Shown here one piece after another: positions 50,136 to 61,885 of a stretch of 64,000 bases of DNA. Both the position numbers and the translations under genes were made by a program. The first letter of the stretch is position 1. Every line of letters starts with the position of its first letter. Origin of the DNA: Octopus bimaculoides (taxonomy: Eukaryota); contig NC_068986.1 in NCBI RefSeq assembly GCF_001194135.2, forward strand, positions 99,413,711-99,477,710. The letters run 5' to 3'. The notes beneath the pieces are model-generated. The model made no database searches and was not told the DNA's origin. It saw only the letters and a program-made list of their open reading frames with translations.

Positions 50136-50399
50136 TTTGTTGATGTTTGTTTTCCATTTGTACTTTTAAGGACTTATTTCTGCCAACTTTTTAGGAGTCT
50201 TACATGCATTCTTACGCATTTAAAGCGTAGGGACCAGGATTAATAACAGCACAACAGTTTTATGGCAAACATCGAACTAAGAAGAAATATGGTTGTGTGT
50301 TTGATAGTATTTCATTTAAAGTGTGTGGCGGGAAGAGAAACAAACATTGAGAAAGTAGTTTCCACCAGTGTCACCAAAGATAACTTTCTTTCGGTCACC

Positions 50400-50615
50400 T
50401 ATAAAATTAATCAAGGTTTCGAATTAGAAGTCATTAATTTTTGGGAAGGAGATCAAGTAGTGCTTAGCTCTACTTATTTTCATCGACCCTGAAAAGATAA
50501 AAGCAAAGTCGATATCGGCGACATTTGAGGACAGAACATAAAAAAGGGAAGAAATGCCTACAACCATTTTTCCGATGATGCAACAATTCTGCCAATTCAC
50601 TGCATTATCTATAAA
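50400..50615 (-). mobile_element. Degenerate family E SINE
   Basis: tacttattttcatcgaccctgaaaagataaaagcaaagtcgatatcggcgacatttgaggacagaac on the plus strand. Confidence 0.7.
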
Positions 50616-51329
50616 ATTAATGATGCCACCACCATTTCATACATTATTGTAAAGCTAAAGCGGTGCAGGAATCAACGTCATAACTATTTGTCGCCAAATT
50701 GTCGCAGCACAAAGTAACATAAAATCTGTCTCCATTTTATCAGTTGTCAACCATAACACAAACCACAGCAGTACATTTGCTAAGACTAGCTATTTTGCGT
50801 AGCAAGACCAAGATGGGACCAAGATAACAAAACCAGTGTTATCATGCAAAAGGAAGGCAAAAATATGACCTTTCTCATCTCTGGAGCTTTTGGTTAATGC
50901 AGAGATGAGCAGGGTTATACATATGTATAGGCCTTAAACACTAGAGCAAAGAAAGGCCGAATTGTGCGATGGTAGGCCAGTGCATGAAAAGAGTGTGAAG
51001 ACTAGAAACCTTTGCCATATGAGTCTGGAACTATGGGATGGAGAGTATAATGATCTTTTATAAGAATAATGTAGACAGTCTACTGACTCAGTTAAGACAA
51101 AATTCTCGGGAATGACACAAGTTATTTCTCATAAACGTCACAATTTCCGCGTGAATGTCACTTTTCTCCTTCAACACACACACACTCCCACACATGCATA
51201 AGAGTATGCTCACATACTCTTGTCCTTTAAAGAATGGTAATGTGCAGGTTGCCCAACTGGTAGAAATCTAGGGCTGCACGGTAACATCTCATATTCCAGA
51301 TCCCCATTTAGGGTCATTTACTGACCTAG

Positions 51330-51900
51330 GTTTCCTGTTCCGTCAAAGACACAATTTGAAGAGAAACGTCTTCCAGAAAAAAGGCGATGTAGGCGATTAC
51401 ACTTGCACACCGTCTAGAAATTTCTATAGAAATTAACCGTACTGCTTGTCTACAAATTTCTAGTTTAGCTAGCTCTCGGCGCAGAAACTGCTGGCAGCAG
51501 ATGAACCAATGGAGAGCAACCTTTCCACAAAAAATGAAACAGTAGGCGATGCAATCTGGTCATTCATGGACTGAAGCATGACATAGCGGTCAGAACATAA
51601 TATATAACAAAGCTGATCAGGGATCAGGGACACTACTGGCCACACAACCGATGACTGCTAACCTTTTTGCTAGCACCTTAGTTAAAATTTTAATCTCTGC
51701 ATTCAATGGAGTATGAGATACAAATTATTGATAACTACTTGTGTGCGTTCTTACTCATCTTATCTGCCACTCTCTGGGTCGCAGAATTAGAAATTCTCGA
51801 TTTACGGTAGACATCTGCCAATCCATTACTAAACAATTCTGAATATGTGCTTGAAGCTCGTTGAGCTGATTATCAAACCAAGCGATTTGTCCACTCCGGT
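51330..51900 (-). mobile_element. L1/Tx1-clade LINE fragments (RT N-terminus joined to post-RT region)
   Basis: Minus strand DKSLGLD, FSNGLADVYRK, PLNAEIKILTKVLAKRLA, then RLHRLLFHFLWKGCSPLV. Confidence 0.65.
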
Positions 51901-52019
51901 CTCCCGACGACGTTCACTGGTAATATAGTTAAGCAAAATTATATTATTAGATGACAATTGTATAGAATAAGATTACATGATGTGAGAGCATTGAGTATGG
52001 AGTGTTATGATATCCTTTC

Positions 52020-52216
52020 TACTCAACGCACAAGGCCTGAAAATTTGCGGGAGGGGACATCGTCCCCAGTGTTTCACTGGTACTTAATTTATTGACCCCG
52101 AAAAGATGAAAGGCAAAGTTGACCTCGGCGGAATTTGAACTCAGAATGTAAGGACAGACAAATGCCGCTAAGTATTTTGCCCGTTGTGCTAACGATTCTG
52201 CCAGCTCGCCGCCTTA
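52020..52216 (-). mobile_element. Young family E SINE
   Basis: Near-consensus ...gacctcggcggaatttgaactcagaatgtaagg...gctaacgattctgccagctcgccgcctt. Confidence 0.92.
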
Positions 52217-52249
52217 TGAAGTGTTATAACATCGCTTGTCGATTATGTA

Positions 52250-52850
52250 AGCTTAGATGTATTATTGGTTGAGGACTGCATAAAGTATGCGTTGTGTGGT
52301 TTGTGTGATATCATTTTGAAACTAATTGTCTTGAATATGTGCTGTGTGTGTTGTGCAGGATATGTACTGTATGAACTGAACAGGCCTATTTTTTGGTCTA
52401 TGAGTAGAGTTGCGCATTCTGGTAAGGTTTCTATATTTCTTTTTGTAGTTCTCCAGTTATTATTTGCATTGTTTCCTTTCCTACTTCACTTATTATTTTC
52501 ATTTCAAGATCATTGTGCTTTGACAATTTTCTCGACTTCCTTCCATAGCTTTCACCTTTGACAGTTTCTATTACTTCTTTTCCGTTTGCATGTCGAAGTG
52601 TCAGCCCATGAAATATAGCTGCTGACTCAATCCTGTATGTTGTATATTTTCCAACTTGGCAAGAATCGGATAGTCAGAAATAATGTACCGTTGTCAAATT
52701 GTACTGATGTTTGCTTCTTTCTTAATTATTTTCTTCATATAGTTATCTTTGGCTTACCATTGCTCATGCGCAACAGTAATCACTTTCTCTTTGTCTACTT
52801 TAACTCAAGCGAATCGTCAGTTGTTTGAATAAATCTTCAAACGAAACTGA
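52250..52850 (-). mobile_element. R4/Dong-like (RLE-type) LINE 3' fragment
   Basis: Minus strand KVITVAHEQW*AKDNYMKKII...IISDYPILAKLENI and KEVEKLSKHNDLEMKI...IITG...TVHIL, resembling AQDQxLxTRNY...HIISGCPxLA...EKLSKYKDLEIEI...IIVGALG...TAHIL. Confidence 0.65.
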
Positions 52851-53344
52851 AAGTCAAAGGCAAAACGAACTCTTTGAATATAGAATATATTTGACCATAC
52901 TTTTAATGAGTCTCCTCACCAGTAAATATTCTGATGATCTTCAAATTCTTTGAAATTGCATCCTTAAATACACACACACACATATGTACATAACTCTCTC
53001 TCTCTCCCTCTCTCCCTTTCTCTCTCTCAATCTATCTACCTATCTGTATAATACAAAGCTTCACTGTGGGTGAACTAAGAATATAAATACTTTTTCTAAT
53101 GTAATGATGTAACAGAAAAGTGTGAATGAATCTGCTGATAGAACATTTCCTGGTTTGTTGACCGCTCCACAGAGAAGATTGCTGGCTTCTTTTCTTTATC
53201 AGTAGCGCAAGTCGGTTGCAATATAAAGCAGTCATTAATTAGGTTAGCGCACTAGTGGATAGTCTACTTTGTATATTTCTGTTTCTGGCGATTCCTCATT
53301 AACTAAACAATAGCTATTTTTTGCACAACACAGCATAAACTGAA

Positions 53345-53464
53345 AGAACTAAGCTATGGACGCGTAAATACACCAACACAGATTATCAAGCGGTGATGAG
53401 AACAAACATAAGCACACACACACATGCACATAAACACACACACACATACACACACAGAGACAAA

Positions 53465-53523
<59 letters not shown>

Positions 53524-53585
53524 ATATACATGACATGCTTCTTTTAGTTTCCGCCTACCAAATCCATTCACAAGGCTCTGGTCCG
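53345..53585 (-). mobile_element. Family F SINE fragment with internal (CA)/(TA) repeats
   Basis: cttcttttagtttccgcctaccaaatccattcacaaggctctggtccg on plus is the family F core reversed. Confidence 0.8.
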
Positions 53586-53605
53586 ATTTTATTGTATGTA
53601 TGTAA

Positions 53606-53636
<31 letters not shown>

Positions 53637-53745
53637 TGTATATATGAGTGTGTGTGTGTGTATGTATGTATGTATGTATGTATCTATATATAGACAGATA
53701 CATAATACATACATACATACNNNNNNNNNNNNNNNNNNNNNNNNN

Positions 53746-53786
<41 letters not shown>

Positions 53787-54341
53787 TGTGTGAGTGTAGA
53801 GAGAGAGTGTGTGTGTGTGTGAGTGCATGTGTGTGAATATATATGTATGTGTGTGTGTGTGTGTGTTTGTGTGTGCCTGTTTGTGTGTGCGTGTAGTGTG
53901 TGTGCGCGAGTGTGTTGTTAAGTTTGAAAAGGTACCCTGTGTACAGCGCACAAACTTTATTTGCAGTCATACAGTCAGCAAAAGAATTAAAATTCTACTT
54001 CCTAAAGATTGCATTAAAGCAGTTCTTTCGAGTAGTAGTAAGACGTGCAAAATAACAAAAGCAGTTGCAGTGGAGATGAACGCTACAACATCGCTCTCAG
54101 AACATTCTTTTCAACTGCAAAAAAATAAAAGATATTTGCTGGAGGGTCGTTGTGGAAGGTATACATGCACTAAGTTAATAATAATCTTGATAGGCATAAT
54201 ATTAGATTTGGCTCAGTTATTGATACATGAAAATGTAGGAACAAACTGAAAGCAGGTTTTGACTAGCGTTAAATGTACAAACGTTATGTTGTGTACTACT
54301 CTTTCCAGAATTTTTGAATGAGAAATATATATACATATATG

Positions 54342-54385
<44 letters not shown>

Positions 54386-54435
54386 AAGTTGAAACTTACT
54401 TGCAAATGGACGCGTCGCGTTCGATATATATATAT

Positions 54436-54775
54436 GGCTGTGTGGTAAGTAGCTTGGTTTCCAACGACATGGTTCCGGGTTCAGTCCCACTGCGTGGAAC
54501 CTTGGACATGTGACTTCTACTATAGCCTAGAGCCGACCAAAGCCTTGTGAGTGGATTTGGTAGACGGAAACTGAAAGAAGCCCGTTGTATATATGCATAT
54601 ATATATACATGTATGTGTGTGTGTATATGCTTGCGTGTCTGTGTTTGTCCCCCCTAACATCGCTTGACGGCCGATGGTGGTGAAAACCTTGGCTGCCTTT
54701 GAACTCAGAACGTAGAGACATACGAAATGCCGCAAAGCGTCTTGTCCGGATTCTGCCATCTCGCCGCCTTCATAG
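54436..54775. mobile_element. Family F SINE (+, 54436-54685) fused to a family E head fragment (-, 54690-54771)
   Basis: F head/core then ...ctttgaactcagaacgtagag...gattctgccatctcgccgcctt. Confidence 0.85.
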
Positions 54776-54876
54776 ACCGTAATATTAAAGAATGAATAAA
54801 TGTCAAAAGAATGCGAATTACGTAATCATCTTCATTAGCTTACAGCTCTTTCTCTCTCTTTTCGTCTCTCTCTCTA

Positions 54877-54943
<67 letters not shown>

Positions 54944-55169
54944 ATACACAGGNNNNNNNNNNNNNNNNNNNNNNNNNNNNNNNNNNNNNNNNNNNNNNNN
55001 NNNNNNNNNNNNNNNNNNNNNNNNNNNNNNNNNNNNNNNNNNNNNNNNNNNNNNNNNNNNNNNNNNNNNNNNNNNNNNNNNNNNNNNNNNNNNNNNNNNN
55101 NNNNNNNNNNNNNNNNNNNNNNNNNNNNNNNNNNNNNNNNNNNNNNNNNNNNNNNCGTCTCTCTCTCTA

Positions 55170-55236
<67 letters not shown>

Positions 55237-56667
55237 ATACACAGGGAGAGAGAAGAAGAGAGAAAGAGAGAGAGAGAAATAGAAAATATAACTTGTGAAG
55301 CACCCACACAGAAACGCTATAGTATCTGAACTATGACTGTAGTCTTACAATGTTTATTGATAATATATAAATTATCAAACTTTTCGTTATAATCGTCATA
55401 AAGCAGTGATAAATTCATTACTAGGATGTGAGGTTTTAAATCAGAAATGTCATCTAACAACGTAGAGAATCATCTTTACGCATGTACACACACATGCACA
55501 CACACATGCACACACATACACACATATACTGAGCTTATGCACTCACAAATATACACGCACGTACACGCACACAACCACACATACACACATAACACCCAAA
55601 GGTTAAAAGTAGAGGAGGAAATAAACAGAGTGGTTATCTTTTCAAGCAATCAGAGAACGGTATCCATGATGGTTTTTCCAATAAAAGAGAAATCTTACGA
55701 GAGAATATGTACTCATNNNNNNNNNNNNNNNNNNNNNNNNNNNNNNNNNNNNNNNNNNNNNNNNNNNNNNNNNNNNNNNNNNNNNNNNNNNNNNNNNNNN
55801 NNNNNNNNNNNNNNNNNNNNNNNNNNNNNNNNNNNNNNNNNNNNNNNNNNNNNNNNNNNNNNNNNNNNNNNNNNNNNNNNNNNNNNNNNNNNNNNNNNNN
55901 NNNNNNNNNNNNNNNNNNNNNNNNNNNNNNNNNNNNNNNNNNNNNNNNNNNNNNNNNNNNNNNNNNNNNNNNNNNNNNNNNNNNNNNNNNNNNNNNNNNN
56001 NNNNNNNNNNNNNNNNNNNNNNNNNNNNNNNNNNNNNNNNNNNNNNNNNNNNNNNNNNNNNNNNNNNNNNNNNNNNNNNNNNNNNNNNNNNNNNNNNNNN
56101 NNNNNNNNNNNNNNNNNNNNNNNNNNNNNNNNNNCATACACTTCTTACTACTTGACAGTTTTCTGAATCGCAACATTCCGGGTTCCATTTCACTACGTTC
56201 CATTTCACTTGTTAAGTAACTTTGGGCGAGTCAAATGGGTTACACACAAACTGTTTGGTAATCTGTTTTGGTTGATCGTACCTCTAATTTAAAAAGTAAG
56301 AAAAAACAAAATTACAGGAACATTCCGCCAGTTATACATTCATTCTGCATCAGAGCAGGTATGTCAGTGGGTCCAACAACTGATTCCTCGTCGTTGAACG
56401 ACGCAAACTCGCCAAAGATGCATATGAACACAGACAGGCAGACAGACAGACAGACAGACAGACAGACATACACACACACCATACAGACATTGAGCTGAAA
56501 AATTGATTGGTTGATTGGATTCAGTGAAGAATCGAAAACGGATCGATCGTCGAAGTTTCGGCTCACTTGGAGATTACATCTTGCTGCATGGTTAAAATTA
56601 TTGATTACATTCGTTAGTTAAAAGAACATAGCGTGATAAATATCGATATGATGAAATCGCAAAATTC

Positions 56668-56672
56668 TTCGG

Positions 56673-56723
<51 letters not shown>
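56668..56723. repeat. (ATT)n microsatellite
   Basis: Direct reading. Confidence 0.95.
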
Positions 56724-56725
<2 letters not shown>

Positions 56726-57244
56726 TTTATTATTTATTTATTATTTATTTATTTTTTTGGTTTTCAACCATCTATTGATCAGTTTAAGATTGTTGCTTAT
56801 TCTCACATGCAATATTGCACAGTCTTGAAACTTAATATTCTTAGAACTTAGTCTAAAGTATTAGGAAGATTACCAAAAGATGAAGCAGATGACCCTGAAA
56901 GCTGGTCTGAAGCATTGGCTATAAGAACATTTGGATAGGAATCAGAAGATTGCCTTTCGTCTTTGACCCTTCTTACAGAAGAAAAGGAAATGAATGAAAA
57001 GAAATTAGCAGAACTCCTTGAAATTTTTTAAAGATAGTTTTTTTCTGACGCATTTAAAGGTGAGTTTAACATTGATGCGATTCTACAGAGAATATATCAG
57101 ACACATGATGTGTGTCATTTACCAGCTGGAAAAAACGCTTTCCTGGGGTTGAAATGTAGTAACATAGTTCTTTATAGGTTAGCCATGTTATATAATGTCA
57201 CCCCCCCCCCAAAAAAAAAAAACGTTATCGTCGATATATATATA

Positions 57245-57432
57245 GGCGCAGGAGTCGCTGTGTGGTAAGTAGCTTGCTTTCTAATCACATGGTTCCGGGT
57301 TCAGTCCCTCTGCGTGGCACCTTGGGTGAGTGTCTTGAACTATAACCTCGGCCCGACCAAAGCCTTGTGAGTAGATTTGGAAGATGGTAACTGAAAGAAG
57401 GCTGTTGTATATACATATATATATATATAATG
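57245..57432 (+). mobile_element. Family F SINE 5' half
   Basis: ggcgcaggagtcgctgtgtggtaagtagc...gggttcagtccc...ccgaccaaagccttgtgag...actgaaagaagg then (TA)n. Confidence 0.9.
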
Positions 57433-57651
57433 TATATATTCAATAAAAGGGAACAGGAATTCTGTTATCAGCTTCAATATTTTACAGCTGTTTCAGCTTT
57501 CAGAAGTGGTACGCTGAGAGTTGAATGCTTGTTCCATCTTGAACATATCGTGTTCTAAGCAAGAAGTAAGGATTGTGCTCTAAAAATTGGTTATCTGGTT
57601 TTTCGTATTGTCAGGACAAATCAAAGTCATTTACATACATACATACATACA

Positions 57652-57693
<42 letters not shown>

Positions 57694-57950
57694 AATGCAC
57701 GGAAAGGGCATCAATTTAACAACGACTAAATTAAGAGTTAACATGAATATACAATGGAATTCATAAATGAAAACACAACCAGAAAAAGGAAAAAAATATA
57801 CCTCCTCTTAGCTAAGAATTATTATATTCCTTTAACTGAAAAACATTATATTCACTGATTATCCCCTTGAACTATACTCCTCTGTATAAATGCAAAGCTG
57901 TTTCATACCAGCTTCTACGCAAGATTAAATCAAACATTTATTATGGTTTC

Positions 57951-57992
57951 ACAGTGAGTCATGATTAGCGAAGCGAAACCAGTTGACTCTGT
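57951..57992 (+). ncRNA. Minimal type I hammerhead-like motif with A3/U8 core variant, upstream of the PLE ORF
   Basis: aca-gt-GAGTC ATGATTA GC gaa GC GAAA C ca G T T GACTC-tgt: stem I 5+3 bp, 2-bp stem II, GAAA, GUU site. Confidence 0.55.
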
Positions 57993-58061
57993 ACAAACTG
58001 TAATAGATTAAATAATCTTCATCTACACAAAGAAAATTTCTGTGCTTTATCATCTTAAATG

Positions 58062-58430
58062 TTATTATCTCCGCCTAGTGAAGGCAGATGTATTGTTTTC
58101 AGTCGTGTTTGTTTGTTTGTTTGTTTGTTTGTCCGTGGACAAGATATCTCAAGAACCGCTGCATAGATTCGGATGAAACTGTCAAGGATGTTTGGCCTCG
58201 TGACTAGCACAAGCTGATTACATTTTGGGATCTATGCGGTACCGGACAAGGATTCTGGGTTATTTTTCCTGTCTTTTTTTACGTAACTTTTGAGAGCGGT
58301 CGTGTTCATTATTAGTATTCTCGTTTATGGGAGAGTTTACTTCAGATATTCTCATTTTAAAAAATTATCTCTGGCTAATCATTGAGAGGACGTTGGTGTT
58401 GCCTTGGCGGAGGTTTGCGCTCTCTTTTTT
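58062..58430 (+). mobile_element. Helentron-associated non-autonomous element (HINE / DINE-1-like)
   Basis: Starts ttattatctccgcc; subterminal IRs ctccgccta (58069) / ttggcggag (58404); (TTTG)n near the 5' end; 3' ggtttgcgctctc followed by a T-run. Confidence 0.75.
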
Positions 58431-58619
58431 TTTTATATTTTCCACCACCTGGCATTTCCTTCAGCAAATTTCGCCGATATATACGACACGTGAGACCGAA
58501 AATGCCACGTCTATCACTCAAAATGGCGCATCTGTGCAACACTACACATCAAACCTACTCAATCACGAGAAAAAGGAAATGAAGAAACGTCTCACCACTC
58601 AGAACAGGTTAGAAAAGAT

Positions 58620-61000
58620 TTAAACCTTTTATGCACAACACTAAACTCAATTTTCACAAACAAACTAGACAATGAGCAATTCTCAATAAATCGAATTCAT
58701 ACAAACACAAGTCCATCTAACAGAAAATTCACATTCTGGAACATGCTTAAAAATTCCAACAAGACAGAAATTTACGAACGCTGGATGAGTTCAACACCAA
58801 TAGTTCTCCTCCGCAAATTACAAATTAAAAGAATCCCAAACGAAACTGATGGACAGAGAGAAGTGAGAGAAAGATTAGCATTATATCGAATGAAAACAGA
58901 AATAGAACTACGTAAATTACGAGAATCGAACAATCAAGAAAAATACAAAAACATTGACGAAGCGATGCACAGGGAACTGAATAAACATAACAATGGACAC
59001 TCTCTGGAAAACAGTACTAAACTTCGGATAGAAACATGTGAAGCTGAAGAAAGAAATTCCCTTCAACGCTGGGAGAAAAATGATAACTTCTTCCAACGTT
59101 ATGTAGCAAACCTCAAAAACGCGTTTAATTCGGATAACCTCTTTATGAAAAAGACAGCAAAAAATTATCATACAGAATTGAACAAAGAACAAACTAACTT
59201 TAATTATGGATACATAAAAGAAAACAATTACACAGAACCAACCATACACCGGGGAAAAATCGTTGACACACTAGAAATAGGGATCACACACAGCATAAAA
59301 ATAGTAGACCTATGTTTGAAAGTTCCCAGCCGACCCTAAACCTTCGGAAAAACCAGATAATACTAGAAATAGGAATGTTCCGCAAACCAGAAACTTCAGA
59401 AAAAACTGCAGTATGGTTCGGGACTTTAATTCCCAAACAGGAATGAAAAAGGCACAAAGCACTATACCTAATGCCAATCAAAGGACCCTTAGATACATGA
59501 ACACACACAACAACTCGACAGAGCGATATCATCACTCTTTTAAACCCAAATCCCAACAGACACATCAACAACCCAAACTGACGCAGCCACAACGAACGTT
59601 TTTTTTTAGCTCCAGACCAGAAAAACAGGGACACACGTTGGAACATAACACACAGGAAATAGCCGAAGGTAGTTAACATATTAAGGGATTTACTGTTAAC
59701 GATAAACGTCAATTTATTCTCAAAAGGGCTGAAATTCCCCACCAACTTTACGCAGAGCCAACCAAAATGAAATTAAAGGTAGTGTAACGGGATTCTGCAG
59801 AAAACTAAGACTTACAGAAGCATTAGTTAACTCTAATATCGAAGAAGATTCACTAGTTGAAAACAAAAGTAACCACATTCCTCACAAAGGTAGAAATAAA
59901 ACACTCGACGAGTTCTGTAACCGCGTTGAAAACTTCCCTTGCCACACCTTGCATAAAACAAGAAGTTAACTCAAACTTCAGTACTATCCAATGGAAAGCG
60001 TTAATTGAATTACAAGATGATGATGAATCAACAATTAAAGAAGCCGATAAAGGGTGCGCAGTAGTAGTGATGGACATGGACTACTACAAAAACCTAGAGG
60101 TATCTATGTTGAATAATGAAAACTACTACGAGAATATAGAAGACAATGAATAATCCTTTCTACTCCAGGCACAAGGCGCGAAATTTTTGGGAGGAGGGGC
60201 CAGTTGATTAGATCGGCACCAGTACGCAACTGGTATTTAATTTATCGACTCCGAAAGAATGAAAGGCAAAGTAGACTTCGGCAGATTTTGAACTCAGAAC
60301 GTAAAGACAGACGAAATACCGCTAAGCGTTTCGCCCGGCGTGCTAACGTTTCTTATTTCTTTATTGCACACAAGGGGCTAAACATAGAGGGGTCAAACAA
60401 GGACAGACAAAAGGATTAAGTCGATTACATCGACCCCAGTGCGTAACTGGTATTTAATTTATCGACCACGAAAGAATGAAAGGCAAAGTCGACCTCGGCG
60501 GAATTTGAACTCAGAACGTAACGGCAGACGAAATACTGCTAAGCATTTCGCCCGGCGTCCTAACGTTTCTGCCAGCTCGCCGCCTTAATCTCCAAACATT
60601 AATGAAAAACATTTTGACATTAGTTCAACTCCACAAAAAAAAACCCAACGAAAAAAGAAATAGACTACATAACTAGCTTTAAATGTGAACTCAGCCTCTT
60701 CTATGGCTTACCGAAAATTCATAAAAGTCAAGAGACCTTAAACTAATGTCCATTATAGCTGGACCATTCTGTGAAACGCACCGACTGAGTTGTTACTTCA
60801 TTGATACCCTCTTGAGACCGCTTCTAAAATACATTAAAAGTTACATTAGAGTTTATTTGAACATGTTAAACTACCTCCCAAAAAGAGTAAAGGAAAAAAA
60901 CATACTTATGGTCTCCTTTGATGTTGTTAACTTAATATCTACCATAATTATGGACTAGAAGCAACTTAGTTCTGGCTGGGAAAATATCCAGAATAGACAA
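58620..61000 (+). mobile_element. Long Penelope-like retroelement (N-terminal region + RT), 3'-truncated, frameshifted
   Basis: ORF 58743-59339; ORF 59857-60153 with IKEADKGCAVVVMD; after the SINE insert FYGLPKIHK (~60699-60725), IIAGPFCETHRLS..IDTLLRPLL..IKSYIR, LMVSFDVVNL. Confidence 0.88.
60156..60585 (-). mobile_element. Dimeric family E SINE inserted in the PLE RT, 5-bp TSD
   Basis: TSD taatc at 60151-60155 and 60586-60590; two monomers joined by linker gtctgtccttgtttgacccctctatgtttagccccttgtgtgcaataaagaaataa. Confidence 0.9.
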
Positions 61001-61559
61001 AATTAAAATTTAAGGTTCGTCTATATAAATTTACTGATAATTGTTTTTTAACACACCGAACTACTTGGTAAAATTACTAATTATAAATTAATTATTAATG
61101 TTTACCCTATATCTTTATGAATTTATTTTCTCCCTGATAGTAAACTGCAGTTTTCTGCGGGATTGCTCGTAGCGCACGTGGGTAATTGAGGAATTGAATA
61201 CGGAATTCGTCTATAAGAATACGGAAATGTTGTCCTTGGATAATCATTTGATAAAATTTTCGTTGCGTCTTGCAACCTTTTTAATAGTTTTGACTCTGTC
61301 CGTTACTCACACTGCGTTCCTTTTTATTTGTTTGTGCACATGTGTGTGGATCAGTGCGTGCCTATACATTCATGCATGTATGTATGCATCTATGTGTATG
61401 CATGTATGCGTGTGTGTGCATATGTATCTGTTTATGTGTGTACATTTGTATGTATGTATTCTGCATATTCATATGATATTCTCAAAGGGGTACATCCTAC
61501 ATAGTTGTGATCTGACGGAGTTCCCTGGCATTTCAACAATCTTAATGTTGAGTTTGGTC

Positions 61560-61885
61560 TCCATCAGAGCTCGGAGTATTTGAATTTAGAACGTAAGGGA
61601 TCGGAAGAACTATTGTAAAGCCGTTTTTTCCAGCGCACTTCCGATTCTGCTAGCTCACCCACTTAATAATAGTGGTTTCAAATTTTAGCAGAGGGCAGCA
61701 GTTTTCGAGTGGAGGAGAAGTCGATAACATCGTTCCCAGTACTTCAATAGAACTTAGTTTATCGCCCAAGGAAGGATGAAAGAAAAAGTTGACCTCAGCG
61801 GAATTTGAAGTCAGGACATAAATGACTCAAAGAAATGGGGTTATGCATTTTGTCTGGGGTTTGGTAACAAATCTGCCAGTTCGGC
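61560..61885 (-). mobile_element. Two degenerate family E SINE copies
   Basis: gtatttgaatttagaacgtaag...gattctgctagctc and gttgacctcagcggaatttgaagtcaggac...aatctgccagttc. Confidence 0.7.
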
